From a virus (taxonomy: Duplodnaviria > Caudoviricetes): 47,824 bases of DNA. Every line of letters begins with the position of its first letter. Within the stretch, counting starts at the first letter, position 1. Of this stretch, positions 35,572 to 44,107 are shown piece after piece. The position numbers and the translations under genes were made by a program. Location: positions 1 through 47,824 of IMG/VR virus record IMGVR_UViG_3300022666_000356. One strand, 5' to 3'. Under the pieces are notes generated by a model, which was not told the origin of the DNA, did no database searches, and was given only the letters and a program-made list of their open reading frames with translations.

Positions 35572-37143
35572 ATGAAACTTTGTAAATGGTGCAAAAAGGA
35601 AGTTGAAAGTATAAATTATTACGAATTGTGCGCTGAATGTGTAAATGAGATAAATTCAGATGCGTTAAAAAAACAAAATGAAATCCATGAAGCATTGACA
35701 TCATTTAATAGAAGTAAAACGAAAGAGTCAAAAGAAAATCGCGCACCAGTTTTAATCGAAGCCGTAGAATCATTCTCTATTTATGAGCAAGAACGAATCT
35801 TTTTGATTAAGCCCTCAGTTGCGGACGTGATTCAATCTATAAGACGAGCCTTGGAAGATCAAACTGTAGCAGTAGTGAAGCCTAAACTGTTGGATAATCC
35901 TATTCCTGGGCGTAAAAAGAAGGGAGAAAGGATCACATTCCCTTCAAAGGTACGGGGGGTTACTTTCCAGTGCCCGTATACAAAAGTACAGCGGCAATAT
36001 ATTATTAAGAACTGGGTACATACAGGAGACCGTCTGATCCCAAAATTTGAACCTCACAGTGAATATGGCGATAGCGCCATAGGATTATGGTTTCATAATG
36101 GTACCCACTGGTTTCATCTTGGTTATTTAGGCCATGATGTTGCCGAAGAAGTTTTATCTCCGCTTCTTGAGGGAGAAAAAGTAGAAATTGTAGTGATTGA
36201 GGTTACCGGTGGAGAAAATAATAAAAGCTATGGCGTAAACTTCAGGATTTCATTTTTCCAAGAGAAGCCAGAGATAAAAAAGAAGGAAATTCAAGAATTA
36301 TCATTGCCGATCTGGGGATGGATTGAAGATGATATAAAACTTACAGTCGGAACTTGTAAATGGTGCAAAAAGGAAAATGAAGACTTGAATTATTATGGGG
36401 TTTGTAGGGATTGTACTGCTATAATTGACTCTCATGTTTCTGAAAAACAAAAGAAAGTCTACGAGGAATTAAATTCATTTAATCGATGCCGTAATTTCGA
36501 TAGCAAAAAGCAGCATGCTGAGGCGGCAATTGCGGCGGCTGAAACTATGATTCCTTATGAGCAATTGCATATTGCTGTTATCAATCTTCCTATAGCCGAC
36601 ATCATCCAATCTGTTAGGGGAGCATTGGAGAATCAGGAAATTGAAGTTAAAAAGCCAAAAAAGCTGGAATTTCTCCCTCCGAATAGACCTACCAAGAAAG
36701 AAAAACATAAGCTAACTTCCATTGTTGAAGATGTTCTTTCAAGCTGCCCGAACACTAAGGTTAATCGTCAGAGGATTATACAGGAACGCCTATCATCAAA
36801 ATGTAAATTAATTCCAAGACTGGAACCATATAATTCTCAAAATGATTGTGCCGTAGGATTGTGGTTTCTGGCGGATCAAACGTGGTTCCATGTTGGTTAT
36901 ATTGATAGTAACAATGAGAAAGAAGTGAAACGTGCATTACTTGAAGGCCGAGATGTTAATGTTACAGTTGCACGTATGACTACAAGAGTGAATTATGAGA
37001 ATTCGGAAGATGATATTAGTGAAGATGATTCTGAGTTTAACGTTTCAGTTTCACGTATGACTACAAGAGTGAATTATGAAAGTTCAGAAGATGACATTAG
37101 TGAAAATTATTCTGGGTTTAATGTTAATATTTCGTATTATTGA
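35572..37143 (+). CDS. Low-GC protein with two tandem Zn-finger + helical + HIRAN-like units
   Basis: CKWCKKE...C..C twice; KVRGVTF...EPHSEYGDSAIG..HLGYL and EPYNSQNDCAVG..HVGYI. Confidence 0.8.
   Translation: MKLCKWCKKEVESINYYELCAECVNEINSDALKKQNEIHEALTSFNRSKTKESKENRAPVLIEAVESFSIYEQERIFLIKPSVADVIQSIRRALEDQTVAVVKPKLLDNPIPGRKKKGERITFPSKVRGVTFQCPYTKVQRQYIIKNWVHTGDRLIPKFEPHSEYGDSAIGLWFHNGTHWFHLGYLGHDVAEEVLSPLLEGEKVEIVVIEVTGGENNKSYGVNFRISFFQEKPEIKKKEIQELSLPIWGWIEDDIKLTVGTCKWCKKENEDLNYYGVCRDCTAIIDSHVSEKQKKVYEELNSFNRCRNFDSKKQHAEAAIAAAETMIPYEQLHIAVINLPIADIIQSVRGALENQEIEVKKPKKLEFLPPNRPTKKEKHKLTSIVEDVLSSCPNTKVNRQRIIQERLSSKCKLIPRLEPYNSQNDCAVGLWFLADQTWFHVGYIDSNNEKEVKRALLEGRDVNVTVARMTTRVNYENSEDDISEDDSEFNVSVSRMTTRVNYESSEDDISENYSGFNVNISYY
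36956..37128 (+). repeat. 81-bp in-frame tandem duplication
   Basis: CACGTATGACTACAAGAGTGAATTATGA at 36971 and 37052. Confidence 0.9.
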
Positions 37144-37243
37144 TTCTTGTTCTTCGTGATTGTGGTATACTCTGGTTAAGAACTTTTAAAGCCCTTTTAA
37201 GGCCGTCTGGCGCCTTTTATTTTGGTGTTTTTAGGTGCGATCT

Positions 37244-37284
37244 AAGCGCAATACCTACCTCTCTGAAGAGGTAGGTATGCGCTT
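37244..37284. repeat. 18-bp hairpin (one bulge) beside att core
   Basis: AAGCGC-a-ATACCTACCTCT-ctga-AGAGGTAGGTAT-GCGCTT. Confidence 0.8.
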
Positions 37285-37294
37285 GGGCTCTCAT

Positions 37295-37332
37295 CCGTGA
37301 GGTCGTAGGTTCGAGCCCTATCTCGCCCACCA
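37295..37332 (+). other. tRNA 3' half (Met/Ile-like), att-site remnant
   Basis: CCGTGAGGTCGTAGGTTCGAGCCCTATCTCGCCCACCA: variable loop, T arm, acceptor 3' strand, CCA; no D arm upstream. Confidence 0.8.
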
Positions 37333-37350
37333 TCCGTTTAACACAAAAAT

Positions 37351-37385
37351 AAAAAGGCCCGGCACAAAAGTCGGGCTTTTTTGTT
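37351..37385 (+). terminator. Terminator after tRNA fragment
   Basis: AAAAAGGCCCGGC-acaaaa-GTCGGGCTTTTTT. Confidence 0.8.
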
Positions 37386-37403
37386 ATCCAGGAAGAGGCG
37401 ACC

Positions 37404-37754
37404 TTGGAAACTCCGGCAGAATCCTGGCAGGGGACGGTAGCCTATTTAAAAGGGCTATCGAAAGGCAATGAGGATTTTGGGAATTTCATCGGCGAGTTGG
37501 GGAAATCTGAGCTTTGCTATGAGCTTTTTGCCCATACTTCGATGAGTGCGGTTTGCATTTCTGTCTATGAATCCTGGCCGGATTGGAGAAACAAACCTTT
37601 GGTAGTAATCAATTGGGCAGGCCAGGGGAAAATCAGGCTTGAGTATCGCCGGGTTTTCGGTCCGCCGATTGAATCGATTAGGGTTGATGCGCAGGTGGAC
37701 GATCCGCAGTTACGTTTTTTCCTGGAGCGGTTGATCCAGGAGTCGGAGCGTTGA
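37404..37754 (+). CDS. Hypothetical protein
   Basis: TTG start after GAGG; 116 aa. Confidence 0.5.
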   Translation: METPAESWQGTVAYLKGLSKGNEDFGNFIGELGKSELCYELFAHTSMSAVCISVYESWPDWRNKPLVVINWAGQGKIRLEYRRVFGPPIESIRVDAQVDDPQLRFFLERLIQESER

Positions 37755-37807
37755 AGGTTCTGAAAAGAACCGGTTTGCCGGGATGGTAAGAAGTATGGAG
37801 GTACGAC

Positions 37808-38422
37808 ATGGTAGAAGATAGCCTGCCGACCTATATTACATTAGAAGAAGCTGCTGAGCGGTATAATATTCCGTTGGAAACTTTGCGGCGCGCCGCAGAG
37901 AATAGTTTTGTGCGGGCAATTTTGTCCAGCGAAGAAACCGAAGGTGCGGATGTGGAATTAAGTGTAGCTGAGGATGATGTTGCTGCTATGGCTCAAAAGC
38001 CTACAAAGACGCCCCCTACATTCATTTCGCTTGAGAAGGCTGTTCGACGCTATAATATCCCGAGCAGCGTATTGATCGAAGCCATTGATAAAGGTGCAAT
38101 TCAGGCCGTTCGGGTTGGAAACATTGTTAAAGTCTCCGAGACGGATGTGTCGATTGTTGCTTTACAGTTGCATGAGCAACAAGAAGGTGATGAATTGGTA
38201 TCTATTAGTGAGGCGGCTCGTCGTTTAGGACTTTCCTCTGGTACAGTCTTTCAATGGTACGAACATGGTTGGTTGCCTGTTTTAGGGACAGGGATACGGA
38301 GAGCAAAGTTGATATCTTGGAGTCACGCACAAACTTTAGGCCGTTTACATCAAGAACGAACTCGACAAGGAAGTCGATTGATTCCTAAAAAGCAAGAGCT
38401 GTCAGTTCTTGTTAGACCATAA
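37808..38422 (+). CDS. Protein with three tandem excisionase/MerR-like HTH units
   Basis: YITLEEAAERYNI, FISLEKAVRRYNI, LVSISEAARRLGL; GGAGG RBS. Confidence 0.8.
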   Translation: MVEDSLPTYITLEEAAERYNIPLETLRRAAENSFVRAILSSEETEGADVELSVAEDDVAAMAQKPTKTPPTFISLEKAVRRYNIPSSVLIEAIDKGAIQAVRVGNIVKVSETDVSIVALQLHEQQEGDELVSISEAARRLGLSSGTVFQWYEHGWLPVLGTGIRRAKLISWSHAQTLGRLHQERTRQGSRLIPKKQELSVLVRP

Positions 38423-38440
38423 GAGAGTTTCGATAATTAA

Positions 38441-38470
38441 GAAGGCAGGGGAAACCCTGCCTTTTTTGTT
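38441..38470 (+). terminator. Intrinsic terminator
   Basis: AAGGCAGGG-gaaa-CCCTGCCTT + T tract. Confidence 0.88.
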
Positions 38471-38487
38471 GTTCTAACTACTGTAAC

Positions 38488-38516
38488 TTGACAACATCTA
38501 GGAGTGATATTATACT
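38488..38516 (+). promoter_or_regulatory. Sigma70-type promoter of element 2 operon
   Basis: TTGACA-17-TATACT. Confidence 0.85.
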
Positions 38517-38565
38517 CTAATCAGTTTTCCAGGAGCCCCGGTTTCCTCAACGGATTGACTCTTGC

Positions 38566-38642
38566 AAAACAAAAAAGATGTCCCCGCCCTACTTTGAACG
38601 GGAGAGCGGGGACAAAGCCCGAGGAGCGGTCAACTCCCAGGC
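38566..38642 (-). ncRNA. Candidate ~75-nt antisense RNA (hairpin plus terminator)
   Basis: GCCTGGGAG-ttgaccg-CTCCTCGGGC, then GTCCCCGCTCT/AGGGCGGGGAC + T tract; G-U pairs favour - strand. Confidence 0.6.
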
Positions 38643-38648
38643 ATCTTT

Positions 38649-38677
38649 AGTATATCGGTAAATAGCCCTTTTGTAAA
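38649..38677 (-). promoter_or_regulatory. Antisense promoter
   Basis: TTTACA-17-TATACT on - strand. Confidence 0.75.
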
Positions 38678-38839
38678 TTCGGATCGACCGTCGGCTTTGC
38701 CGGCCGGCGGATATCCCATAGCGTGCCCCTGCACATTAAAACATTCCGTTTCCCGGCGCTCTGAATCCTCTCAGAGCTGATCGTTTAAAGCCTCCCTCAA
38801 TGTAGCCTTGTATTTCCTCTTGGAGATTCTCAGCGCCAC

Positions 38840-38888
38840 TTATCCACTGCCCATGACCTTATCCACACCTTCAGGGCAGTTATCCCCA
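38840..38888 (+). promoter_or_regulatory. Three co-oriented DnaA-box-like 9-mers
   Basis: TTATCCACT 38840, TTATCCACA 38859, TTATCCCCA 38880. Confidence 0.6.
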
Positions 38889-38901
38889 GGGAGGAGAACC
38901 T

Positions 38902-39297
38902 ATGGAATGTATCGTGGAGCTTAGTCAAATGAACTGTTCCATCGACCTGAACGCCGCCATCAATTGCGTGACTGCCGCGGCAGTTTTCGCTGGATTGCTC
39001 ATTGCCGGCATTTTTTATGCAATGCTCGTCGCCTGGCTGAAGAAACGCCGCTACGACGAAGGGTACACCGCGATGCTGGTGGTCATCGGCGTGGCCTGGA
39101 CCCTGGCCGGCGTAGCCATCCTGGACTTTAACCATGCCCTGCTGACCGCCGGGGCTTTTGTCTGTTCCGGGACCCCGATGATTATCGGCTCCTGGTGGGA
39201 ACACGTTCAGATGCGCCGCAAAAGCCAGGAGGATCTGCAAAAGATCACCGAAGAGCACATGGCGCAATTCAATACCCCTCAGGAACAGAAAGGTTAG
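38902..39297 (+). CDS. Three-TM membrane protein (paralog of 32607-32942)
   Basis: EGY..MLVVIGV.WTL...SGTPMIIGS; GGAGGAG RBS. Confidence 0.75.
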   Translation: MECIVELSQMNCSIDLNAAINCVTAAAVFAGLLIAGIFYAMLVAWLKKRRYDEGYTAMLVVIGVAWTLAGVAILDFNHALLTAGAFVCSGTPMIIGSWWEHVQMRRKSQEDLQKITEEHMAQFNTPQEQKG

Positions 39298-39299
39298 AA

Positions 39300-39512
39300 A
39301 TGACGCGACCGCGGGGTTGGCCTAACAATGCCCGGGATTCCCGGGAGCGGGCCATTGAAGAAAGCCAGAAAGTGGTCCGGTTGCTCATGCCGATCGTGCA
39401 GGGTGAGCAATTCGACCGTACCGAAACCCTGCGCCGGCTGGCGTTGGCCATGGTCTCGGCGCTTTCCGCATTGCGAGCGCTGGAAAGCGTATCCCCAGAT
39501 TCCGATGAATAA
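39300..39512 (+). CDS. Small helical protein (paralog of 32347-32610)
   Basis: ATG 39300 after GAAAGG; same gene order as element 1. Confidence 0.6.
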   Translation: MTRPRGWPNNARDSRERAIEESQKVVRLLMPIVQGEQFDRTETLRRLALAMVSALSALRALESVSPDSDE

Positions 39513-39521
39513 GGAGGGCGT

Positions 39522-39941
39522 ATGAAAATCGCTCTGGTAGGTTGCAGCTCCCGTAAATTGACCGAACCCGCTCCGGCCCGCGACATGTACACCAGTCCCT
39601 TGTTTCAGGCCGCCCGGGATTACGCCGATACCCATGCCGATCGCTGGTTCATCCTCTCGGCTCACTACGGTCTGGTGCTCCCCGATCGAATCATCGAACC
39701 GTACAACGCCAGCCTGGCCGAGAAATCCCCGCTGGAACGCACCCTGTGGACGACCCAAATCGCCCAGCAATTGACCGAACTCCACCTGCTTCAAGACTCC
39801 ACCGTCTGGATCTTCCTGACCGGCCAGATGTATGCCCGCCACTTGAGCCGGTATCTGACCATGACCGGAACCGTCGAAAAACCGCTGACTGGCCTGAGAG
39901 TCGGCCAACGGATCGCCTGGCTCAAATCCCATACCGCTTAA
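39522..39941 (+). CDS. DUF6884-like protein
   Basis: LVGCSSRK...PARDMYTSPLF...WFILSAHYGL...IEPY...GLRVGQR. Confidence 0.75.
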   Translation: MKIALVGCSSRKLTEPAPARDMYTSPLFQAARDYADTHADRWFILSAHYGLVLPDRIIEPYNASLAEKSPLERTLWTTQIAQQLTELHLLQDSTVWIFLTGQMYARHLSRYLTMTGTVEKPLTGLRVGQRIAWLKSHTA

Positions 39942-39961
39942 ATCACAAGAAGGAGAAGTTT

Positions 39962-40384
39962 ATGTATCACAAAGTTATCATTGTCGGCAACTTAGGGCGG
40001 GATCCCGAAATGCGCTATACGCCCGACGGCGCTCCCGTAACCACCTTCAGCGTGGCTACCAATCGCAAATGGAACAACCCTGACGGTTCGCAGGGCGAGG
40101 AAACTATCTGGTTCCGCGTGACCTGCTGGCGCCGACAAGCCGAGATCGCCAATCAATACCTGAAGAAGGGCAGCAAGGTCCTGGTGGAAGGCCGCCTGCA
40201 GCCGGACAAAGAGACCGGCGGCCCTCGGGTCTGGACCGGCCAGGACGGCAAACCCCGCGCATCCTTTGAATTGACCGCCGAAAACCTCCGGCTCCTCAGC
40301 GGACACAATGGCGGAGCTGAGGGCGGCCATGCCGGCAATGAAGACGCCGGCGCGATTCCCGACGAAGATTCGATCCCATTCTAA
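39962..40384 (+). CDS. ssb: Single-stranded DNA-binding protein
   Basis: VGNLGRDPEMRYTPDG, KGSKVLVEGRL, C-terminal DSIPF; AAGGAG RBS. Confidence 0.95.
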   Translation: MYHKVIIVGNLGRDPEMRYTPDGAPVTTFSVATNRKWNNPDGSQGEETIWFRVTCWRRQAEIANQYLKKGSKVLVEGRLQPDKETGGPRVWTGQDGKPRASFELTAENLRLLSGHNGGAEGGHAGNEDAGAIPDEDSIPF

Positions 40385-40464
40385 TCCTGCCCGCTCTTTT
40401 CCTGCCCTCCGCCAGCAGCAGAGGGTAGGGCAAGGTCGAGCAGTTCAATCAGTGAGAGGTGCAC

Positions 40465-41121
40465 ATGAACCGATCCAAAGATAAGCAGGTGCTGGGCCAG
40501 ACCCGGCAGATATGGGCCCAGGCTCGCAGTGGCCGGATTCCGGCCATCCTGGAGCTGGCTTTTTCGGAACGCCTGTGGGCACAATTGACGGAAACCCTCG
40601 GAGATTCCACCGCCGCCGAAGCCCGGATCCTGGACCTGGTGCAGCATTCGATCCGTCCGCCGCGCTCCGCTGGCCTGACGCTGTACACCTCCGAAGCTGA
40701 AGCCGGCACCTGGATGAAAGCCCTGCACCCTTACCGCGCCGGTGCCCGGCCGGCCTGGCGCGCCGCCATCTTTGACCTGCGCCCTGGGGCTGACAGCGCC
40801 GATCTGCACCGTTATCCTTACATCGCCCTGGCTGTACAAGGCGACATTTCCCCGCGCTACGCTCATGTGCTGCCCGCTGTGATCGCTGCCCTGCGCGGCT
40901 GGAGCGCGCAGATCATCGTGATCGTCGATGAGACGATGCCGGAGCCCGAAGCCCGGTGGGAAGAACTCACCGAACCCATCACCCTGACCTCGCCGCGCTG
41001 GAACCGGGTCTTGCACTGGCAACCGGCCCCTCGCCGCACCAAAGTCGTGCGCCGGCACAAAGTTCCCATGCCCCTGCCGGAGCCTGAACTCTTGCCTCTG
41101 CTCATCGCCGAACCGGTGTAA
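40465..41121 (+). CDS. Hypothetical protein
   Basis: GAGG RBS, operon packing. Confidence 0.6.
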   Translation: MNRSKDKQVLGQTRQIWAQARSGRIPAILELAFSERLWAQLTETLGDSTAAEARILDLVQHSIRPPRSAGLTLYTSEAEAGTWMKALHPYRAGARPAWRAAIFDLRPGADSADLHRYPYIALAVQGDISPRYAHVLPAVIAALRGWSAQIIVIVDETMPEPEARWEELTEPITLTSPRWNRVLHWQPAPRRTKVVRRHKVPMPLPEPELLPLLIAEPV

Positions 41122-41123
41122 CC

Positions 41124-41612
41124 ATGGACGCCACGACGATCGGAATCGCGGTAGCAGTCATGGCAGGAATACTCCTGGCGTTAGTTTTGGGCCGGGCCGT
41201 GCTCCAAACCCTGCGAAATGCGGCGTGGATCATCGCCGTGTTGCTAAGCCTGGCTGTGATCCTACTGCTGGCCGGCTCGGTCTTCCAGGCTCAGACCACC
41301 GCCCTGATCGCCGTTACATCCCAAACCCTCAGCATGGTCATCATCGGCCTGCTGACGCTGCTCCTGCTGGGCGCCAGTGGGGCGCTCTTATACCTGATTT
41401 TCCACCAGCGGAATCAGCAGGATCAGCTCGGGAATGTCGATCTACACATAGCTCGCCTTCTGGCCGCCAACCTGACCCTGCTGACCGAACTGACGCTGAA
41501 AAACCGCCGACCAGCCTTGCCCGATCCCGACGACGAAACGGCCCTTTCCTATGACTACGAAGACGATGAGGACACTGACCTGCCGATCCTGCCGCAAGGA
41601 TGGGGGTGGTAG
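41124..41612 (+). CDS. Three-TM membrane protein with acidic tail
   Basis: Three hydrophobic stretches; DYEDDED...WGW. Confidence 0.7.
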   Translation: MDATTIGIAVAVMAGILLALVLGRAVLQTLRNAAWIIAVLLSLAVILLLAGSVFQAQTTALIAVTSQTLSMVIIGLLTLLLLGASGALLYLIFHQRNQQDQLGNVDLHIARLLAANLTLLTELTLKNRRPALPDPDDETALSYDYEDDEDTDLPILPQGWGW

Positions 41613-42704
41613 ATGGATCTCCCGCGCTGGCTGCCCTGGCTCGCCTTCGGCGGACTCCTGGTCCTGACGATGGTCTGCAACGGCACCACGCCGCCGGCAA
41701 CCCAGACCACGCCGCCGCCGATCACCTCCGCCGCCCTGCAGCCCACGCTGGAACAGGCCCAGGTGGAAGTCTACCTGGAGACGATCCGCACGGAACGCCA
41801 GCAGCGCGAACTCCAGCTCACCCTGGAATCGCTCTATGCTCAGCAAACGGCCACGGCCGCCGCCCGACAAGAACAGGAAAAGCAAGCCCTGGAACAACGA
41901 AGCCGCGAAGCGACCGCTACGGCTGAATCCCGCCAGGCTACCGCAACCGCTGCCGCCTGGCGCACCACCGTCGAAGCAGCGCAAGCCTACGCCACAGCGA
42001 CTGCCGAAGCGCACCGCGCTACGGCCACCGCCAATGCCATGCTCTTTGCCCATGCCAATACCGCTACCACTGCCGCCTGGTCCGTCAATGCCACCGCCAC
42101 CGCTGATTCCCTGCGTTCCCTGGCCACGGTCCAGGCCGCCGACGCCGAACGGGCCCGGCTGGCGGCCGAACGCGAGCGCATGGTCTATCCGTTGCAAGCC
42201 TACGGTCCCTGGATTCTGGGGGGGACGTTGTTCCTGACCCTGCTCTGGGTGGGAGTCTGGCTGGTCCGCCAACTGGGACCCCGGCTCAGCGCCGTCTCCC
42301 GCGATGCCCGCGGCGATGCCAAGATCCTGATCTTCACCGACGATCAGGGCCGCAAGATCATCCTGGATCCGGATCGCTCCCTGGGACCCGCGACCACTGT
42401 GATCGACGGCCAGGTAACTCAGCCGGCCCTGGCTCCCCTCGAATACCAGGAACGGGTTACCGCTCGGGATCAGGCCGTGGACCTGGCCCATCGGGGATTG
42501 CCTGGTAACACACCAGCCCGCCGGCGGGCTCCTACACCCCAACAAGCCGCGCAAATGATGGCACCGCCCGCTCCGGTGCAGGCCCTGCCCGGCGGCAAGG
42601 TGCGGATCATCCCGCCGCAGGAAGCTCGAGCCTGGCTCGATGAAGTGACCCAGCAGGCCTTGAAAAACGTCATCGAAGGCGAAATCGTGGAGGATGAGGA
42701 ATGA
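41613..42704 (+). CDS. Membrane protein with ATATA-rich stalk; probable anchor partner of adjacent FtsK
   Basis: N-terminal TM, Ala/Thr repeats, second TM, IILDPDRSLGP; ATGA-coupled to FtsK. Confidence 0.75.
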   Translation: MDLPRWLPWLAFGGLLVLTMVCNGTTPPATQTTPPPITSAALQPTLEQAQVEVYLETIRTERQQRELQLTLESLYAQQTATAAARQEQEKQALEQRSREATATAESRQATATAAAWRTTVEAAQAYATATAEAHRATATANAMLFAHANTATTAAWSVNATATADSLRSLATVQAADAERARLAAERERMVYPLQAYGPWILGGTLFLTLLWVGVWLVRQLGPRLSAVSRDARGDAKILIFTDDQGRKIILDPDRSLGPATTVIDGQVTQPALAPLEYQERVTARDQAVDLAHRGLPGNTPARRRAPTPQQAAQMMAPPAPVQALPGGKVRIIPPQEARAWLDEVTQQALKNVIEGEIVEDEE

Positions 42705-44107
42705 ACCGCGAACTACTCCCGGCCCTGGTCCAACCGCCGCAGGAACTGGCGCTGCATATCCCCAAAGCCCGGCTCTTTGAAGCGGAGGAAATCTCGCGCC
42801 ACATCATCAACACGCTGGAGAAGCGCGGATTGGAACCGGCCTTCTCCGATTGGCTCATCACCTGGGATCGGGGACTGGTCTGGCTCTTCGGGCTGCTCGA
42901 TGTCGCCCGCCTGGAGAAACTCGAAGCCTACAGCACCGACGAGCTGCTCCACCATCTCGCCACGGCTATCGGCGGCCGCTCCATCTTTGTAAGCAACCAC
43001 TCCGGCCTGCGCTACGCCGTATTGCTCTCCCCCATGCCCAAACTTCCGGCCAAGGCGGCCTTTCCCAGCTTCCAACGCGGGACCGTCCTGCTGGGCCGCC
43101 GCTATACCGGCGAAGAGCTGGCGGTCCCTTGGGAACGATTGGGCCATCTCCTGATCGCCGGCATGACCGGCTCCGGCAAGTCGATGTTTCTGCGATTGCT
43201 GGGCTATCAGGCCATCCTCGAAGGCTGCGCGCTGCTCCTGTGTGATATGGACGGCGCGACCTTCCCGATGCTGGAACAGCACCCGGCCCTGATCGCCCCC
43301 ATTGCCCATACCCCGGAAGAAGCCCTGGCCCTCGTAGACCGGGCCATCGGGGAATGCAACGCCCGGGCCGTGCTTTACCGCGAACTGCCCGGCTATCCCG
43401 AAAAGCTGGAAGAATACAACACTCTGGCTGTCGCCGCCGGCCTCGCGCCGCTGCCGCGCTGGCTGGTCATCCTGGACGAATTCAGCGCCACGGTCATGGC
43501 GGCCGGCGGCGCGCAGGGACTCCTGGCCCGCTCCACCGCCGAATTGGGCTGGCGCGGGCGGAAGTTCGGGATCACCCTGATCTTCGCCGCGCAGGATTTC
43601 AGCAAAGGGGTCGTGGGCCGGGTGCGGGATCAGGTGGGCGCCGTCTTCGGCTTTCGCGTGCGCAGCTCCGAGATCGCCGACGCCATCGGTATCCCCCAGG
43701 CCTCCCGTATCCCCACCAGCCGGCCCGGTCTCGCCATCACCGACCGCTGGGGACCAGTGCAAACCTTCTGGCTGGACAAGCAATTGCTGGTGGCCCTGGC
43801 CGGCGAGAATGCCTTGGCGGAATCGCCCTTGACCGATTCCGAACTGGCGCTGGTGCGTTGGGCTCTGGCTGAGCGCAACGGCTATCTGACATTGGCAGAA
43901 ATTCAGGATCGTCTCGGCATCGGTCAACGACCGGCCCGACGCCTGGCTGAGGAATGGGGTTTGCGTGGGTGGTTACAAAAGGACCCGGGAGCCGCCAATG
44001 CTCGAAGAATCACAGAGGTTTTAGCGGCTCTGGCTGACAAAGCGACAAACCTGACAAACCCCGACAAACCGGCGGGAGAATTGACAAACCGACCGACACA
44101 CGGCTGA
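42701..44107 (+). CDS. FtsK/SpoIIIE-family translocase with gamma-like wHTH, no clear TM
   Basis: HLLIAGMTGSGKS, VILDEF, GRKFGITLIFAAQ; IQDRLGIGQRPARRL...RGWL. Confidence 0.9.
   Translation: MNRELLPALVQPPQELALHIPKARLFEAEEISRHIINTLEKRGLEPAFSDWLITWDRGLVWLFGLLDVARLEKLEAYSTDELLHHLATAIGGRSIFVSNHSGLRYAVLLSPMPKLPAKAAFPSFQRGTVLLGRRYTGEELAVPWERLGHLLIAGMTGSGKSMFLRLLGYQAILEGCALLLCDMDGATFPMLEQHPALIAPIAHTPEEALALVDRAIGECNARAVLYRELPGYPEKLEEYNTLAVAAGLAPLPRWLVILDEFSATVMAAGGAQGLLARSTAELGWRGRKFGITLIFAAQDFSKGVVGRVRDQVGAVFGFRVRSSEIADAIGIPQASRIPTSRPGLAITDRWGPVQTFWLDKQLLVALAGENALAESPLTDSELALVRWALAERNGYLTLAEIQDRLGIGQRPARRLAEEWGLRGWLQKDPGAANARRITEVLAALADKATNLTNPDKPAGELTNRPTHG

Larger units (their letters stand above)
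1..37332. mobile_element. HK97-like siphovirus prophage (left boundary outside window, right boundary at tRNA 3' fragment)
   Basis: Complete head-tail gene order, convergent replication/early operon, repressor switch, tyrosine recombinase, att-like tRNA fragment. Confidence 0.85.

Noticed and set aside
37244-37332. Complete tRNA gene
   Set aside because: No 5' acceptor strand or D arm; only the 3' half is present.
41850-42150. GCCACC/GCTACC repeats as a DNA element
   Set aside because: Fully explained by Ala-Thr codons of the ATATA stalk.
42713-43927. Long antisense ORFs (e.g. 42713-43927, 41442-42554, 27863-28834, 14742-15629, 7989-8810)
   Set aside because: Shadow frames of well-supported genes in GC-rich DNA.
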